A DNA stretch of 64,000 nucleotides from an uncultured Steroidobacter sp. (GTDB lineage Bacteria; Pseudomonadota; Gammaproteobacteria; Steroidobacterales; Steroidobacteraceae), in contig CALLKK010000016.1 of assembly GCA_938008435.1 (NCBI GenBank), forward strand, positions 11,887-75,886, written 5' to 3'. This document shows, in pieces, positions 61,413 through 64,000 of this stretch; position 1 is the stretch's first letter; every line of letters begins with the position of its first letter. A model generated the notes under the pieces. The model saw only the letters and a list, made by a program, of their open reading frames with translations. It did no database searches and was not told the DNA's origin. The position numbers and the translations under genes were made by a program.

Positions 61413-62474
61413 CTAGCGGCGTACGCGGGCGAGCAGTGCCTTGAGCTGCGGCCACTCGATGGGACGCAGCAGCTGCGCGTCGATCTCTGGATGGACTGGA
61501 GCGTTGCTGCTCGAGACGACAGCGAAGAACACTTGAGCTCCGAGCGTACGTTTCGCCGCGCGTACGACGTCGAGAAGATTCACGTTGCCGAGGGCCGCAT
61601 CGACGAGCACGACATCGGGTGCGAAGCCAGCAAGCGTTCCGGCCAGCTGTTTGCCGTCGTAGAGCACCTGCGTTTCCAAGCCTTCCAGCTTGAGGATCAT
61701 CGCGAGACTGTCCGCTGCGTCGCGATTGCGATCGGCGATGAGCACGCGCATCGGACCGCCGCGCGAAACAGCGGATGAGGCTGCATCCGCAGCTTGTGCA
61801 GGAGAGGGTAGCTCGAGCGTCACGCTCGTTTGTTCGCCATCCTGCGCCACGTGCAGCTCGCCTTGTTCGTCTTGAAGCAGCGGCTCCAGGAGCTCAAGCA
61901 GCGGCCGATCGGCTGTTGCGTCAAGAACGCCGGCGCGCACCTCGAGCAGCGCTCGCGCCTTCGGTTCTTCTCCGATGCGTCGGACGCGAACTTCGATCTT
62001 GGCGTCCGGCGTCGAGTGATCGATTGCATCGAGCAGCAATGCCAGCACGAACGTGCGGACATTGGCGCGCCGCGCCTCGACGCTTACGGCCGGCTCGATG
62101 CTCGTAACGGCTGTTGCAACGGCATGCTCGTGACGCAGCAGCGTCAATGCTTCATTGAGCAACGCAGAGAAATCGAAGCGTTCGGGCGCGCCCGGAGGTT
62201 GTCCGAGCTGTTGCAGGATGCGATCGAGCGTCTCGCGCAGCGTACGCAACTGCTGTTGCAGCAGAGCAAGACAGTCTTGTGCGGAGATTCGGGCGTTTGC
62301 GGGCGAGGCGACGCTCTTGCTCAATAATTCGAGGCCCGAGTGCATGCTTTGCACGACGTTGTTGATGTCGTGCTTCAGTGTCCGATGGCAGCGCTCCAGC
62401 ACTTGGCTGCGCAAGGCACTCGCGCGCAGCTCCTGCTCAGCGAGTCGGAATCCGCCGCTGTTCGTGGACGTCAT
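61413..62474 (-). CDS. Degenerate histidine kinase-receiver hybrid (pseudokinase)
   Basis: H-box KHDINN retained; N/G1/F/G2 boxes lost; REC VLIADRN, VLVD, LLRP. Confidence 0.7.
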   Translation of the reverse strand: MTSTNSGGFRLAEQELRASALRSQVLERCHRTLKHDINNVVQSMHSGLELLSKSVASPANARISAQDCLALLQQQLRTLRETLDRILQQLGQPPGAPERFDFSALLNEALTLLRHEHAVATAVTSIEPAVSVEARRANVRTFVLALLLDAIDHSTPDAKIEVRVRRIGEEPKARALLEVRAGVLDATADRPLLELLEPLLQDEQGELHVAQDGEQTSVTLELPSPAQAADAASSAVSRGGPMRVLIADRNRDAADSLAMILKLEGLETQVLYDGKQLAGTLAGFAPDVVLVDAALGNVNLLDVVRAAKRTLGAQVFFAVVSSSNAPVHPEIDAQLLRPIEWPQLKALLARVRR

Positions 62475-62570
62475 AATCCCTGTGCACACCGCCAACGCTG
62501 CGCGACACGTTACTCGCGCTCGTATGCGGGGGCAAGCACGGTGCGCCGGCGAGCCGCGGCGCGTGCCAGG

Positions 62571-63359
62571 TCAGCCGAACACGGCCACCAATTGGCGGCT
62601 GAGCGCGACCGGCGTGCCCTCTGGGTCGTAGAGAATGCCGCTCTCGTGCGTGTAACCGTCCTTGCCTGCGTCCATATCGTGCTCCAAGCGCCACCACGCG
62701 TCGGGCGGAAAGTCGAAACGATGGCTGACGAACTCGAGTGTCCACACGAGCGAGCTCGCCGGCGCCGGCGGCGCGCACATCGACATGGCGACGGGCGGCA
62801 GGCAATCCGTCAACGCGACGATGTGCGACTCGGTGGTCGGAGCCGGATCGCGATGACGTAGAAATGCTTTGCCGGGCGTGCGCACGCCGCTGAAGAGGCC
62901 GGGATCTTCGATCCAGCGCACCGCGAAATGTTGGATGAAGCGCGGCAGGTGCGCTCCTGCCGTCGGCATGTCGACCAGCTCATCGACCTTGCGCGCAGGC
63001 GGCTCGCCGCGCAACGGCACATCGATGCGCGATGGCCGCGCATTGCCGTAGACGCCCACGATCGTCGCAACCGCCTCGCCGTCGGCCGTGATCGCACATT
63101 GCGTGGTCGTGACGGCGCGACCCACGCGCAGCACTTGCGTAACGATGCGCCAAGAGCCCGCCGGGGCAGGGCCGACGAAGGTGACATTGAGCGAGCGCAG
63201 CACGCGATCGCGCGGCACGACGCGCCGCATAGCTTCGTTGCCGACCGCGGCCACCAGACCGCCGAAGATCGCGCGGCCCTGACCCCAATCCTCGCTCACA
63301 TCGACGAGGCACTCGGTGCCTTCGCCACGCAAGGTTTCGATGATCTCTGAAAAGAGCAT
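62571..63359 (-). CDS. Acyl-CoA thioesterase-like double hot-dog protein (TesB family)
   Basis: WGQGRAIFGGL, LRSLNVTFVGP, LRVGRAV, DCLPP, SSLVWT, SRQLVAVF. Confidence 0.85.
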   Translation of the reverse strand: MLFSEIIETLRGEGTECLVDVSEDWGQGRAIFGGLVAAVGNEAMRRVVPRDRVLRSLNVTFVGPAPAGSWRIVTQVLRVGRAVTTTQCAITADGEAVATIVGVYGNARPSRIDVPLRGEPPARKVDELVDMPTAGAHLPRFIQHFAVRWIEDPGLFSGVRTPGKAFLRHRDPAPTTESHIVALTDCLPPVAMSMCAPPAPASSLVWTLEFVSHRFDFPPDAWWRLEHDMDAGKDGYTHESGILYDPEGTPVALSRQLVAVFG

Positions 63360-63444
63360 AGGTCAATGACAGTGCTTTGAGTGATCGCAAGGCGCATGGC
63401 CGACGATCCGGCGCGGATGCTATCGCGTCGGCACCGTCGATGCG

Positions 63445-63783
63445 CTAGATCAACTTCGCTCCGTTCGGCACGGACCGCTCGGGCACCGCGAGCACGATGC
63501 GGCCTTCGCTATCCGCAAAGCCGGTGACGAGCACTTGCGATTCGAACGGCCCGATGCGTTTCGGCGGAAAGTTCACGACGGCAATGACCTGCCGTCCAAC
63601 CAAGTCCTCCTTCGCATAAAGCGCGGTGATCTGCGCGCTCGAAACGCGCTCGCCAATCTCTGGACCGAAATCGATGCGCAGCTTCCAGGCCGGTTTGCGC
63701 GCCTCGGGAAAGTCCATTACCTCGACAATGGTACCGACGCGCAACTCGACTTTGCTGAAGTCTTCCCAATTGATTTGCTGCAT
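63445..63783 (-). CDS. csaA: tRNA-binding / secretion chaperone CsaA (Trbp111 family)
   Basis: [47 protein letters not shown]. Confidence 0.92.
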   Translation of the reverse strand: MQQINWEDFSKVELRVGTIVEVMDFPEARKPAWKLRIDFGPEIGERVSSAQITALYAKEDLVGRQVIAVVNFPPKRIGPFESQVLVTGFADSEGRIVLAVPERSVPNGAKLI

Positions 63784-63908
63784 GTCGGTCATGCAATGAA
63801 GCGACGAAAAGATCAGCCAAGTATCGCTCTGCGGCGCCCGTGCGCAAACCACGGCGGGCGACGCGCGCACTCTCAGCTACGTCCGGGCGCGTCGAGCGCC
63901 TTGAAGCG

Positions 63909-64000
63909 TCAGGTCAGAACCGCTGCTTCGTAGATGACGTAACGATTCTTGCCCGAAGACTTGGCGCGATAGAGCGCCTCGTCCGCCTGACGATACATCG
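63909..64000 (-). CDS. Diguanylate cyclase (GGDEF) 3' end, truncated at window end
   Basis: Manual minus-strand translation MYRQADEALYRAKSSGKNRYVIYEAAVLT*, the classic GGDEF terminal motif AD.ALY.AK..GKN. Confidence 0.85.
   Translation of the reverse strand, partial: MYRQADEALYRAKSSGKNRYVIYEAAVLT

Overview
High-GC (roughly two-thirds G+C by eye) chromosomal window from a gammaproteobacterium. The gene order rpmE-gltA-mrcA/pilMNOPQ-aroK-aroB-dgt-hemE and rph-rdgB-hemW points to a Xanthomonadales/Steroidobacterales-like lineage (inference). The first ~26 kb is core genome: yicC (partial, missed by the ORF track), PP2C, rph, rdgB, hemW, rpmE, an M48 protease, gltA, PBP1A, pilMNOPQ, aroKB, dgt, hemE, fadD and tesA/ybbA/ybbP. 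The remainder is more accessory. It holds an orphan anti-sigma-like protein, a second PP2C, an archaeal/eukaryote-type ProRS, LytS/LytTR and hybrid kinases, and a family 1 encapsulin with ferritin-like cargo. It also holds a 14-kb, eight-gene, translationally coupled operon encoding MoxR AAA+, three vWA proteins, a caspase-fold protein with Cys replaced by Ser, a TPR-gluzincin, a DUF4175-like rod and DUF4159. After that come an S41 protease/lipoprotein pair, a glycoside hydrolase-like protein, an ABM protein with two plausible starts, a pseudo-histidine kinase, csaA and a GGDEF 3' end. The main non-coding signals are a DnaA-box cluster with a perfect IHF site upstream of rpmE (oriC or DARS/datA-like candidate) and a CRP/Vfr-like site upstream of pilM. 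No rRNA, tRNA, CRISPR array, transposase or prophage gene was recognised. All family assignments come from motif recognition by eye, not database searches.
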